Shown here piece after piece: positions 30,406-41,360 of a stretch of DNA of 56,203 nt. This DNA is from Pseudomonadota bacterium. Its GTDB lineage: Bacteria > Bdellovibrionota_B > Oligoflexia > Oligoflexales > CAIMVM01. Position 1 is the stretch's first letter, and every line of letters begins with the position of its first letter. The stretch covers positions 1-56,203 of the forward strand of contig JBAXBA010000014.1 in NCBI GenBank assembly GCA_037142195.1, written 5' to 3'. Under the pieces are notes generated by a model that was given only the letters and a program-made list of their open reading frames with translations, searched no databases and was not told where the DNA came from. A program made the translations under genes and the position numbers.

Positions 30406-31323
30406 ATGTCTGAAGAAAAAACTGTAATTTCAAATACTAGTGATTTAACCTTGTTTAACAACAAAGGCGTTAGAACGAAAAGACGCTCGTGTTTGGTTCT
30501 TTACAGCGGCACTGACACCGGAAAACGTTTTATTCTTGATAACGATTTGATGGTTATCGGCAGAAATCCAGATGTTGAAGTTCATATCGATGATTCTTCC
30601 GTAAGCCGAAGACATGCGGAAATCGTCTTATCGGGAGACACTGTCACGATTGCAGACTTAGGCTCCTCAAACGGAACCGTCATTAATGACGTTAAAGTCG
30701 ATGCCTCAGTTGTCTTGAAGGATGGCGATCTCATCCGCTTAGGAAAAGTGATTTTTAAATTTTATGAACATGAAAGTCTAGATGCCATCCTCCACGACAA
30801 AATTTACCGCATGGCTACCGTGGACGCTGGAACTGAAATTTTTAACAAACAATACCTAAATGAGTCATTAAGAAGTGAATTTAAGCTGGCACGTCTCACA
30901 AAAAAGCCTCTTTCCATTATTTACTACGATTTGGATTTCTTTAAAAAAGTCAACGACACTTATGGCCACAATGCAGGTGACCTTGTACTTAAAGAAAGCG
31001 CTTCGGTAGTAAAAGGCGTCGTGCGCAAAGAAGATATTCAAGGTCGTTTTGGCGGTGAAGAATTTATTATCATCCTCCCTAATACGGATTTAAAAAAAGC
31101 GATCGAGCTGGCGGAACGTGTAAGGCAGAGCCTAGAGTTTCATCCCTTTAAGCTTGAAATTTCAGACGCCCACGGCAAGAGAACCATCACCCATAAACAG
31201 ACAATCTCCATAGGAGTGAGTCAGTTGCAAAACGAAATGACTGACCCAAAGGAACTGCTCGAGACTGCAGACAAAAAACTCTATGTTTCGAAACAAACTG
31301 GCAGAAATAAAGTGAGTTACTAA
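30406..31323 (+). CDS. FHA-GGDEF diguanylate cyclase (Bdellovibrio DgcB-like)
   Basis: FHA motifs IGR, SVSRRHA, DLGSSNGT; GGDEF domain D.D.FKKVNDTYGH, RKED I-site, GGEEF; N-terminal EKT tail. Confidence 0.88.
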   Translation: MSEEKTVISNTSDLTLFNNKGVRTKRRSCLVLYSGTDTGKRFILDNDLMVIGRNPDVEVHIDDSSVSRRHAEIVLSGDTVTIADLGSSNGTVINDVKVDASVVLKDGDLIRLGKVIFKFYEHESLDAILHDKIYRMATVDAGTEIFNKQYLNESLRSEFKLARLTKKPLSIIYYDLDFFKKVNDTYGHNAGDLVLKESASVVKGVVRKEDIQGRFGGEEFIIILPNTDLKKAIELAERVRQSLEFHPFKLEISDAHGKRTITHKQTISIGVSQLQNEMTDPKELLETADKKLYVSKQTGRNKVSY

Positions 31324-31892
31324 TGAAAAAAATCATCTTAATGGCTTTGTTGTTTTCTGGATGCATAAGAAACGGTGTTGTAATAGAAAAAAACGACCCT
31401 CTTGCCTCTGATGATGAGTATCTCCACGCCTATCACGAATCGACTCGGACGGTTAAGGTCTATGGGGATTTTGAGACAAAGTACACGATGTCGGTCACAT
31501 ACCTTGACAAAGAATTTCAAAAAGCCTTGGCCACTAGAATTAAAAATTTGCTGATGGAAGACGTTCCTGCGCTGACGGAAGCCGGTGGGAAAACTGCTTT
31601 TTTTGTTTCGCTTTTTGGACCTGAAGACCGAGCTATGGACATTAATGACCCTCAACTCTGGAATATGATCCTAAAAGTTAAAGACAAAGAAGTTAGACCT
31701 TTAAATATTCAACGCCTTGGCCTCAAAGAAAGGTGGGTGTCCTATTTTCCCGCTATCAACAAGTGGACTACAGAATACCTAATCACCTTCGATGCTACAT
31801 CAGGCGGGGGCGCTGAACTAGTGAAGCAAGAACCCCTAGAATTAAAAATTGCCAATGCAGATGCTAAAGTAACACTCGAATGGAATCGGTAG
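31323..31892 (+). CDS. Putative lipoprotein
   Basis: MKKIILMALLFSGC lipobox; TAATG coupling to the cyclase gene. Confidence 0.8.
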   Translation: MKKIILMALLFSGCIRNGVVIEKNDPLASDDEYLHAYHESTRTVKVYGDFETKYTMSVTYLDKEFQKALATRIKNLLMEDVPALTEAGGKTAFFVSLFGPEDRAMDINDPQLWNMILKVKDKEVRPLNIQRLGLKERWVSYFPAINKWTTEYLITFDATSGGGAELVKQEPLELKIANADAKVTLEWNR

Positions 31893-32041
31893 CCTTAATT
31901 TCCTTTAGCAACACATCCCCCCGAAAGCATGACTTTTTTATAGATTCTCAACGAAATTCCTAAATTGTTATTGGGCTATTCAAATTTTATTGACCTACAA
32001 ACCCGTGTAAACTCGCAGTAGGCTAATCATTTGGAGAGACC

Positions 32042-32482
32042 GTGAAACAAGGAAGTCAAATTGAGTTGATTTATGAAATTCTAGACCTAGCAGCCGAGCA
32101 GCTTGAAGAATTTAGAAAAGAAATCAATTTCTACAAAGCGAGTATCTACAAGGCCGAAATTGCGATTAGCATAGACAAACGCATAAATGGACTCAGCATG
32201 ATTTTCGGTTTCTTTGACGATGAACGAGCCCACCATATATTTGAAAACTTCAGAGATGAGCTTGATTTTTCAAACCCCAATTCCAAAGAAGACATCTCCT
32301 CAAGTGCTTGGCTTCGACTGGCCTCGATCTGTCAGCAAGAACTCGAAATCGTAAAGAACAAACTGCATACGAGACGCTTTGCATCCCAAGACTTTACGAA
32401 ACGGGTAAGATCCGCAAGGAAATCTATTATCAATCTTTGTAGCGAACACTCCTCGTCAAAAACTTTCTTTTCTAACCTTTAA
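32042..32482 (+). CDS. Hypothetical helical protein
   Basis: GGAGA RBS before GTG; TAATG coupling to the next gene. Confidence 0.7.
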   Translation: MKQGSQIELIYEILDLAAEQLEEFRKEINFYKASIYKAEIAISIDKRINGLSMIFGFFDDERAHHIFENFRDELDFSNPNSKEDISSSAWLRLASICQQELEIVKNKLHTRRFASQDFTKRVRSARKSIINLCSEHSSSKTFFSNL

Positions 32483-34479
32483 TGAATCCACTCATCGCGG
32501 GGGTGCTCGCCTCACTTCTCCCCCTAGCCCTAGAGACGGGAAGAAACTTAGAATATGAGTTCGCAACTCTAAGTGGCATTTTGGCATTTCTATTGAGCCT
32601 AGCTGTAAGAGATGAGAGGTTTTTTCGGCCTGCTATCAAGATCATCACTGTTTCCCTAACCGTGATGATCGTTTGGCTTACGTTCGGACCAACCCCCTGC
32701 CACGTTGCGGCAAGCTTCTCTTGGTACTTCGTCCAGGTTCCTCCAGCGGTTTTTTTGGGACTATCTCTTCGCCGAAGATGGAATCCTTCAGCCCTTAAGT
32801 CAAACCTTCTATTAGCGCTCCTCATCATCCTAACCAGCTTTGTCTTTCTGTGGCTGTCCCCTCAAAAAAGATGGGTCTCCTTGTGGTTTGGATACCTACA
32901 CGGCCCGGTATATGACGGATTTATTCCTCTAACATGGGGAGTTCTCCTGGCTAGATTAAGCCATGTGCTTTTCGCCCTCTATTTGCGTTTTAAAAAACCT
33001 AGCCTGGGGATGCTGGCGCTTATCGTCTGGGGAGCAGCTGCATTTGATCCCATTAATGGTCACGGCAGGCATGCTCTTGAAGAAACACTAAGTGCCTCAC
33101 TTATAGGTGAGCATTTCCGAGTACATTTCAAGCCTGAGGACAAAAGAGCAGCTCAGGCAGTTTTTTCTGAGGCCAGCTTTCATGTGGAGGACCTGTCACA
33201 CAAGCTTTCCTTAACCCCCAAGTCCACCATCGAAATCTATCTCTATTCGGACTCCGTCCAGAAAAAAATTCTTTTTGGAGGAGCTGAAACTGATGTTACG
33301 GATGTCGTTACACCATCCGTACACATTCTTGCTGAGACCTCTCCTCATTCCACTCTTCGCCATGAATTGGTGCATGCGGTTCTTAGTGAAAAAGCTCCGT
33401 TAGGCTTTCACCCCAATATGCTGATCACAGAGGGGATAGCCGTATCTTTAGCTCCTTCTGACTCCTTGATTTCCCTTGATGAGCAGGCCAGATTTCTTCT
33501 CGAAAGAGGCACTCTACCAAGAATAGATGATTTTTTTGGTCCGATGTTCTGGCTTAAATCCTCGACGATGTCCTATTCGGTGTCGGGAAGCCTGATCTCT
33601 TGGCTAATCAAGGAAAGGGGAAGCGAACGCTTTCTTAAAATTTATGGTGGAAGCTCTTTTGAAGACGCCTATGGAACAGGCTTAGCCGAACTCTATAAAG
33701 AATGGGTCAGCTACCTCGAACATCAGCCTTTTGACGGACGCAAAATCAACTCATTAGTCGAAAGACTTATGAGCAGCCCCGCTGTATTTAACGATATTTG
33801 CCCTCATGCGAAAGTCGATCGGCAAGACCAAAGTCGTTTTTCCTTACTTTCTGTGAAAGACGACAGCGAATACTACACTTGGCTCGAAAAAATCCATCCT
33901 GAGTCACAGATTTTAAAAAATCATCAGCAAAGCCTCGCCAGGAAGGCAGTTAGCCTAGAAAGTAGCCGTCGCACCCCTTCGGCGACCATTGAGCCACCTA
34001 AGTCCGTCGCCGCATTCGAAGATTTACTCCTAAAGGCCGATCTCCTTTGCCTGGAAGGACAAACAAATGAGTGTGAAGACATATTGTTAGTACTTTCAAA
34101 GATCCCTCTAAATCCTGGGCGAGGTATGAAACGCGCTCTCGAGTTAAGGCTCTATACTCTGAAAATCAACGAGCCCACAATAGTACAAGATACCTATGAA
34201 TTTATTGCAGGACGATCTCAAAGTTCAAAAAGAGAAAATTCAGCAGTGGCGTACTTGAAGCGTAAAAATGGAATTCAAAATACCTTGCTAAGTGAATTTC
34301 CAGAGGAGTTCATCGAACTTAACCGAGAAGTAAGAAAGCTTAACGCTTCGCACCTTGAAGAGACCCGATCCTTTGCTAAAGCAAAAGAAGAATGGGCGAA
34401 AATTTTAGTTCTTGAGCCCCATAATGATTTTGTCAAATTGGAAATCGATCGAATGAATTTCATGATTAAGGCCCTGTAA
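32482..34479 (+). CDS. Membrane protein with gluzincin (peptidase MA-like) domain
   Basis: Several N-terminal TM segments; LRHELVH followed by TEGIA; TPR-like C-terminus. Confidence 0.75.
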   Translation: MNPLIAGVLASLLPLALETGRNLEYEFATLSGILAFLLSLAVRDERFFRPAIKIITVSLTVMIVWLTFGPTPCHVAASFSWYFVQVPPAVFLGLSLRRRWNPSALKSNLLLALLIILTSFVFLWLSPQKRWVSLWFGYLHGPVYDGFIPLTWGVLLARLSHVLFALYLRFKKPSLGMLALIVWGAAAFDPINGHGRHALEETLSASLIGEHFRVHFKPEDKRAAQAVFSEASFHVEDLSHKLSLTPKSTIEIYLYSDSVQKKILFGGAETDVTDVVTPSVHILAETSPHSTLRHELVHAVLSEKAPLGFHPNMLITEGIAVSLAPSDSLISLDEQARFLLERGTLPRIDDFFGPMFWLKSSTMSYSVSGSLISWLIKERGSERFLKIYGGSSFEDAYGTGLAELYKEWVSYLEHQPFDGRKINSLVERLMSSPAVFNDICPHAKVDRQDQSRFSLLSVKDDSEYYTWLEKIHPESQILKNHQQSLARKAVSLESSRRTPSATIEPPKSVAAFEDLLLKADLLCLEGQTNECEDILLVLSKIPLNPGRGMKRALELRLYTLKINEPTIVQDTYEFIAGRSQSSKRENSAVAYLKRKNGIQNTLLSEFPEEFIELNREVRKLNASHLEETRSFAKAKEEWAKILVLEPHNDFVKLEIDRMNFMIKAL

Positions 34480-34640
34480 TCTGCTTCATTTGCAAAAACC
34501 CATGGTTTTCTTAAAGTTGCCGCCTGCAAAAATAGAAGTGGCTTTGAAATGAATTGCACTGCCTTCTCCCATTGCGAGGATTTAGGCAATTGTTTCTGGG
34601 TGTTACAGATTAAAGCTTAAGGCTGATTTGCGGCAAGTCC

Positions 34641-34702
34641 GACTAAAACGACTTGCAAGTCATTTTAGTCACGACTATAATGACTTTGGAGTCAAAATGG
34701 TC
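34641..34702 (+). promoter_or_regulatory. Sigma70 promoter (TTGCAA-17-TATAAT) covered by two tandem 30-bp palindromes
   Basis: GACTAAAACGACTTGCAAGTCATTTTAGTC (34641-34670) and GACTATAATGACTTTGGAGTCAAAATGGTC (34673-34702); -35 at 34653-34658, -10 at 34676-34681. Confidence 0.8.
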
Positions 34703-34710
34703 AAGGGCCT

Positions 34711-35856
34711 ATGGAAAGATATTTAAAATACAATATAATTAGGGATTTAGAAAAGAAAATGGTTTTTCTAGCAGGGCCTCGGCAGTGCGGCAAAACCACG
34801 TTTGCACTAGCTCTTTTAGCGGAACGCCCGACATCTCCTAACTCCCAGCGTTATTTTAACTGGGACGACGACTTCGATCGTAAACATCTTTTAGAGCAAA
34901 AATTCCCACCGGAAAAATCGATGCTGGTTTTTGACGAGATACATAAATTCAAGCGTTGGAAAAACTGGGTAAAAGGAATCTATGACAAAAAGAAATATCT
35001 TTACTCCATCCTAGTTACCGGCAGCGCTCGATTGGATGTCTATCGTCCAGGTGGCGACTCATTGTTGGGAAGGTATCATTTGTGGCGTCTTCACCCCATG
35101 GGATTTGATGAGGTTCCTCCGAACTTATCACCAGAGGAGTGCCTACATCGACTCATGACTTTGGGAGGATTTCCCGAGCCCTTTTTGGGAGGAGACGAAA
35201 GAGAGGCTCGCCGTTGGAGGCGTGAGCGACTGCAAAGAGTCCTCCGGGATGACGTTCGAGACCTGGAGAGCGTGCGGGATATATCCACTCTTGAGCTCTT
35301 TGTTGCAGCCCTAAGAACAAGAGTAGGTGGCATTGTGACATTGGCAAACATAGCGCAAGATTTGCAGGTTGCACCCAAAACACTCAAGGCTTGGCTACAA
35401 GTTTTGGAACGGATGTATGTTGTTTTTTCCATCTATCCTTATACAACCGGCTTGCCAAGATCCCTGCTAAAACCCCCGAAGGTTTTCTTCTATGATAACG
35501 GCGATGTTGATGGGGAGAAGGGCGCGAGATTTGAAAATCTGGTAGCCACTCAACTTCTCAAGCGATACCAATTCCTGGAAGACAGAGATGGCTATGAGTA
35601 CCGGATTCACTATTTACGTGACAAGGAAAAGCGCGAAGTCGATTTCCTAGTGCTAAAAGATGGAAAGCCACATTTGCTCGTCGAGGCCAAATGGAACGAT
35701 TCGGAAATTTCTCCGACCTTGGCTTACTATGCTAAACATCTAAAACCCAAACATATTGTCCAGGTTGTCGGTGAGCTGAGCCAGTCCTATCAAAAAAACG
35801 ATATCAAGGTTGTGAGTGCCTCTCAATATTTTTCAACACTTGACAGCGACGGGTAG
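34711..35856 (+). CDS. AAA_14 ATPase / DUF4143 protein (copy 4)
   Basis: GPRQCGKT, VFDEIHK, VTGSARL, SLLGR, GGFPEP, KVFFYD, REVDF...VEAK. Confidence 0.93.
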   Translation: MERYLKYNIIRDLEKKMVFLAGPRQCGKTTFALALLAERPTSPNSQRYFNWDDDFDRKHLLEQKFPPEKSMLVFDEIHKFKRWKNWVKGIYDKKKYLYSILVTGSARLDVYRPGGDSLLGRYHLWRLHPMGFDEVPPNLSPEECLHRLMTLGGFPEPFLGGDEREARRWRRERLQRVLRDDVRDLESVRDISTLELFVAALRTRVGGIVTLANIAQDLQVAPKTLKAWLQVLERMYVVFSIYPYTTGLPRSLLKPPKVFFYDNGDVDGEKGARFENLVATQLLKRYQFLEDRDGYEYRIHYLRDKEKREVDFLVLKDGKPHLLVEAKWNDSEISPTLAYYAKHLKPKHIVQVVGELSQSYQKNDIKVVSASQYFSTLDSDG

Positions 35857-36133
35857 CTACTAGGCGTATTTTTCGAAAAGGAAGGATTAAAGTTGTGCAG
35901 ATATCCTCTCTTTTCCAGGACTTTTATCCAAGTAAAACAGGCCTCAGATCCATGTTTGAGATTCCGACAAGCTAGCTTTGATAATGGCACCCTTCTATTT
36001 TTTTGTTGGATAGAAAAAAGGTCTTACTTACTCCGCAAAAATCGCTAGCTCTATTAAAGCTAAATTTTTGGTTTTCCGGGCGAACAGCTCGGCTGTCACA
36101 TTCCGTTTAGCAAACTAACGCGGACATTGCGGG

Positions 36134-37018
36134 CTACATCGACCTCGCCAGTTTCAGGCTTGGTGCGCTCCCAAAAACCACACGATCGCCATAACCTAAG
36201 GTTAAAATGCCGTGATGACCATCAAGGGCCAGAATCCCTTGATCGACTAAATTCTCTAACTCAAACTTCTGTTGTTCAGGATGGAACCTGCCACCAACAA
36301 GCTTAAAGCTCTTGCCAGGCGATGCGTAGGGCTCTCTCACCAAATATTGAAAGTTGGGATCGTTAATGGGATAAATGGAGCCGCCTGCTGCTGCAATAGC
36401 AGCTGTGCTACCTGCAGCCGTTGCTATCCAAATGCCTGATGACTTTTGAACTTCCTGGGTACTTCCAAGAGTAATGCGATACCGACTGGTTTCCGCCGGA
36501 TTGGCAGCTGTAAAAAGGAAATCATTCAAAACCGGATTAGAAACAAGACTCTGGCCATCTTTAACTCGATGAATCGTCGCATTGAGACGTGAGACCTGAA
36601 TCAAGGAAAGATGATTTGATTTCAATTCCGAGATCAACTCTGAGATTTGGGAGCCCGATTTATAGCATAAATAGCCTATGCTCGACGGACTTGACTTGAT
36701 CCCAATTAAAGCCACATCCGCATTGGAAATGTGATGACTAGCTTCTAGGACTGTGCCATCTCCGCCGACAGTAATGACATAGGAAATCGAATCTAAAGAG
36801 GGCCAAGACTCGTCGCGATGAACTTCTTGAAATGGCAACTTAGCTTTAGCCAGTGATTCCATCAAGTCTTCGAAAGTTTTGTAGTGCTCTTCGTGCGCTC
36901 TACTGAGACGATCTAAATGCTCGTGGGACAAAAAGCCACGATTCACCTTGTCACGGATATAGTCTCCGTGACGGTCGAGCGTACTATTTTTTCTCACTAC
37001 TAATATCACTACAGCCAC
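36134..37018 (-). CDS. NAD(+)/NADH kinase
   Basis: VGGDGT, VLND, GIWIATAAGSTA, DG motifs. Confidence 0.88.
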   Translation of the reverse strand: MAVVILVVRKNSTLDRHGDYIRDKVNRGFLSHEHLDRLSRAHEEHYKTFEDLMESLAKAKLPFQEVHRDESWPSLDSISYVITVGGDGTVLEASHHISNADVALIGIKSSPSSIGYLCYKSGSQISELISELKSNHLSLIQVSRLNATIHRVKDGQSLVSNPVLNDFLFTAANPAETSRYRITLGSTQEVQKSSGIWIATAAGSTAAIAAAGGSIYPINDPNFQYLVREPYASPGKSFKLVGGRFHPEQQKFELENLVDQGILALDGHHGILTLGYGDRVVFGSAPSLKLARSM

Positions 37019-37039
37019 CTAAGAGTTGTAAATGATAAC

Positions 37040-38629
37040 TCAGCCGCCATTGCCCTTAGGATTGTCTATAGCTAAATAGTCGTCGTTTCTTTTGATGGCC
37101 CCACGAACTTCAAATTCCTTGCGGACCTGTTTTTCATAGGATGTATAAAACCCATAACCCTGATTGGTAGCTTGTGATGTGGACATGCTTTCAAGGGTTT
37201 TAGCATCTTGAGAGGCAGCATCTGGGGTCTTCCGGCTCTTAAGGCGAGCAATATACCAGGAGTCCTGAACCAACATGGGAGCGACTATATAATCACCGAC
37301 ATTTTTAAGTCCGAGCAATGCGTCCTTAAAAGTACCTTCACTGCCAATTTTTGGAATACTTTCAGCAGTCGCGGAATACTCTCCAGTTTCTTCCCATTTC
37401 AGGCCAGCGGGAAGTTTGCCATTTTCTTTGGCAGTCTTGAAGGCTTCATCAGCTTTTGTTTTAAGAAGCGCGGGTGCCTTTTCTTTAGTGAGAAGCACCT
37501 TAGCTATATCATTTTTCACCATATCGAGAGTCTTAACCGCTGCAGGCTTCTTTGCTTCTACTTTAATGATGTGAAATCCAAATGGTGATTCCACAACTTC
37601 ACTTAGAGAACCTGCGGTCAAAGAAAACGCTGCATCAGAAAACTCTTTCACCATTTTATCTTTTGTGAAAAAACCCAAATCTCCTCCGCTCGTCTTTCCG
37701 GACGGCTCGTCTGTGGATGTCTTTGCAAGTGCCGCAAAATCTTGAGTCGTTTTGGCTTTGGCTAAGAGTTCAGTAGCTAGTTTCTTTGCCGCATCTTTAG
37801 ATCTCTTGGCAGCTTCCCCGAGGGCATTTCTTGCTCCCGCATATTGAATTAAAATATGTCGTGCTTTTACTTCTTCTTGACGGTTGTACTCACCACTGTT
37901 TTGGGCGAAATAAGCTTCTATTTTTGACTTATTTTGCTCGGCAGCTGCATATGCAGCGATTTCTTCGGGAGTGACCGCAACTGGCGAGGTTTCTGGGGAC
38001 AGCTTGATGAACTCTACATTGAGTTTCGTTTCTTTAATTTGATAGTCAAAGCGAGCTGCGTTTTTAGGAATGAAACTCGAAGCTACCATTAATTGGTTTA
38101 GCTTCTGAACCGTCAAATCACGCCGCAAGTCTTTTAATGCTGTGGCTTCATTGTAACCTTGCATTTTTAGCCAGTTTTTAAAGTTTTCTTCTTTAAACTG
38201 TCCATTTTCATCTTTAAATATGGGTGCTTTTGCCAAGTAAGCCACGACTTCATCTTCTGAAACATCCACGCCATTGACCTGAGCTGTTTTAAACATAATT
38301 TCTTGATCAACTAATTTATCAATTGTATTTTTTGCCACTTTAAACATGGCGGGGTCAAAATCGGCTCCAAACTGTTGTTTGCCCCTCTCTAGTTCCTGCC
38401 GATAGGCACGCGCAAATTGGTTATAAGTCACTTCACTGCCGTCTATCTTAGCCGCCGCCCCCCTTGGGCCTGTTGGTCCCCCTTGACGGCCTGGATTACA
38501 AACGCCAAAAAAAACCATTGCAAATAGGGTCGCGATGAGGACTGATGTTGTAGGCAGGTCTTTCATTTGCTGACTTTTTAGGCCCTCGGTCTTGGTTCGT
38601 TTCCAGTTAAACATGCAAAATACTCCCAA
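37040..38629 (-). CDS. PpiD/SurA-like peptidyl-prolyl isomerase (SurA N-domain + parvulin)
   Basis: N-terminal TM anchor, VKARHILI, GGDLGFF, ESPFGFHIIK; start uncertain. Confidence 0.88.
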   Translation of the reverse strand: MGVFCMFNWKRTKTEGLKSQQMKDLPTTSVLIATLFAMVFFGVCNPGRQGGPTGPRGAAAKIDGSEVTYNQFARAYRQELERGKQQFGADFDPAMFKVAKNTIDKLVDQEIMFKTAQVNGVDVSEDEVVAYLAKAPIFKDENGQFKEENFKNWLKMQGYNEATALKDLRRDLTVQKLNQLMVASSFIPKNAARFDYQIKETKLNVEFIKLSPETSPVAVTPEEIAAYAAAEQNKSKIEAYFAQNSGEYNRQEEVKARHILIQYAGARNALGEAAKRSKDAAKKLATELLAKAKTTQDFAALAKTSTDEPSGKTSGGDLGFFTKDKMVKEFSDAAFSLTAGSLSEVVESPFGFHIIKVEAKKPAAVKTLDMVKNDIAKVLLTKEKAPALLKTKADEAFKTAKENGKLPAGLKWEETGEYSATAESIPKIGSEGTFKDALLGLKNVGDYIVAPMLVQDSWYIARLKSRKTPDAASQDAKTLESMSTSQATNQGYGFYTSYEKQVRKEFEVRGAIKRNDDYLAIDNPKGNGG

Positions 38630-38815
38630 AGTTTTTCGTCGGCAGGGTGCCGTTGGCTTAGATAAATATATCTTTTACTTTCACACCGTCCATTGTCATG
38701 ATAATTTATCTATTGGCAAGAAAATTCGTTAGAACCTGTAAACTGCGATGGGCAAGATATAGTTTATGATGTAATAACATCTGCCTGGTGATTAATCTTT
38801 AACCTTTTCCTATAA

Positions 38816-39868
<1,053 letters not shown>

Positions 39869-39914
39869 CCTTTTAAGTTTTGAATTCCCTTACTGATGAT
39901 AAGGAGCCCATGAG

Positions 39915-40805
39915 GTGATCAAGGACGGTAGACAAAGTTTAAACCGACTCCTAGTGGTCGCAGCACTAGTGGCTCCTTTCGTCTTTTTTGCATCAAAATT
40001 GCTGCCAAATCGTGGAGATCGTCCCCTAAATTCCGCTATTCAGGAGCTCATCTATCCGGTTCAGTTTGCTTGGAATCGAATTGGGGCTGGACTTTACAAC
40101 TCTTGGAACAGCTACATTGACTTGGTCCATACGGCCCATGAAAATGTTGTTCTCAAAAATAAGATTAAGGGCCTCGAGACACGTACTTTAGATTATGAAA
40201 GCAAGGTCAGAGAACTAGATCGACTTCAACAGCTCATGGGCTTTGTAGGCAAGCATGATCTAAAGCTTCTACCTTCGATCGTTATAGGAACTGCCAATAC
40301 AAATAGCTTTGAAATTTTACGTCTTGGTCGCGGTTCCAAGGATGGCGTTAAAGTAGGGATGCCGGTGATTGCCTCCCAAGGCGTAGTGGGCAGAATCATA
40401 AGGACGGGTTTAGCCTTTTCTGATGTCCTTTTGATAACGGACTCAAAATCTTCTTTGGATGTTTTAGTAGAAAGAACGCGTGTTCGCGGAATTATCCAAG
40501 GCAGTGAAGGCGGAAGACTTAAGTTAGAACTCAGACGGCGCACAGATATTAAGATAGGCGATGAAATCGTCACTTCAGGTATTGTGGGAAGTTTTCAAAA
40601 AGGGCTCCCTGTGGGTCGGGTGATTCGCATTGAGTACACTAACGATGACCTTGCCCAGACAGTTACCGTAGACCCTTGGGTAGATTACCGACAAGTCGAA
40701 GAAGTCGCTGTCGTAGAGAATGAGGATTCAGGCATTAGTCAAATTGAAGACATCGCAGGAAAAGATTGGCTTGAGCTTTCCTTATTAAGGAAAGTAGGCG
40801 GCTAA
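39915..40805 (+). CDS. mreC: Rod shape-determining protein MreC
   Basis: TM plus coiled coil, GSKDGVKVGMPVI..GVVGRI, VTSG...GLPVG; position after mreB. Confidence 0.92.
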   Translation: MIKDGRQSLNRLLVVAALVAPFVFFASKLLPNRGDRPLNSAIQELIYPVQFAWNRIGAGLYNSWNSYIDLVHTAHENVVLKNKIKGLETRTLDYESKVRELDRLQQLMGFVGKHDLKLLPSIVIGTANTNSFEILRLGRGSKDGVKVGMPVIASQGVVGRIIRTGLAFSDVLLITDSKSSLDVLVERTRVRGIIQGSEGGRLKLELRRRTDIKIGDEIVTSGIVGSFQKGLPVGRVIRIEYTNDDLAQTVTVDPWVDYRQVEEVAVVENEDSGISQIEDIAGKDWLELSLLRKVGG

Positions 40806-41360
40806 ATGGATGATATTTCCGACGAAAAAAAGCACTGGATTGTAGAAGCACCCGTCCATTATGTTCCCGGTAGAGGCAACTTTAAAGCGGATTTAGGTCG
40901 CTTTTTAATACTGGTTGTGATGCAGACCGTGATACTGGCCGGGCTGAATCTAGGACATCTCAAGTTTGATTTATTTACACCATGGTTGGTTCTATGCGTT
41001 CTTCGCATGAACCCAGAAAGAATAATATTTTTCTATGCCGTAGCCATTATGATTATGGAGTCATCTTCCTCAGCACCAAAAGGTCTATACTTGGTCGCTT
41101 ATGGCATGATTGGCATTCTTCTTTATGTCGTAAAAAACCAAATCTCTTGGCGACGAACCGTTAGCTGGCTTTATGCGATGGCTGGAGCCACCACAGTATT
41201 AGGTGTTTTAGAGGTTATCGTTCTCTATATTTCCGAGCCTACTAGACAGCTCGGATTTTACGGGCTGACCTGGGGGTCGAGAATTGCCATAAGCTCCCTA
41301 ATCGTTTTTCTGGTACCAACCCATTGGCTGTCTGATGATTGGATGGAGGAAGGCAAATGA
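40806..41360 (+). CDS. mreD: MreD-like membrane protein
   Basis: Multi-TM 184-aa protein between mreC and mrdA; called mainly on synteny. Confidence 0.6.
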   Translation: MDDISDEKKHWIVEAPVHYVPGRGNFKADLGRFLILVVMQTVILAGLNLGHLKFDLFTPWLVLCVLRMNPERIIFFYAVAIMIMESSSSAPKGLYLVAYGMIGILLYVVKNQISWRRTVSWLYAMAGATTVLGVLEVIVLYISEPTRQLGFYGLTWGSRIAISSLIVFLVPTHWLSDDWMEEGK

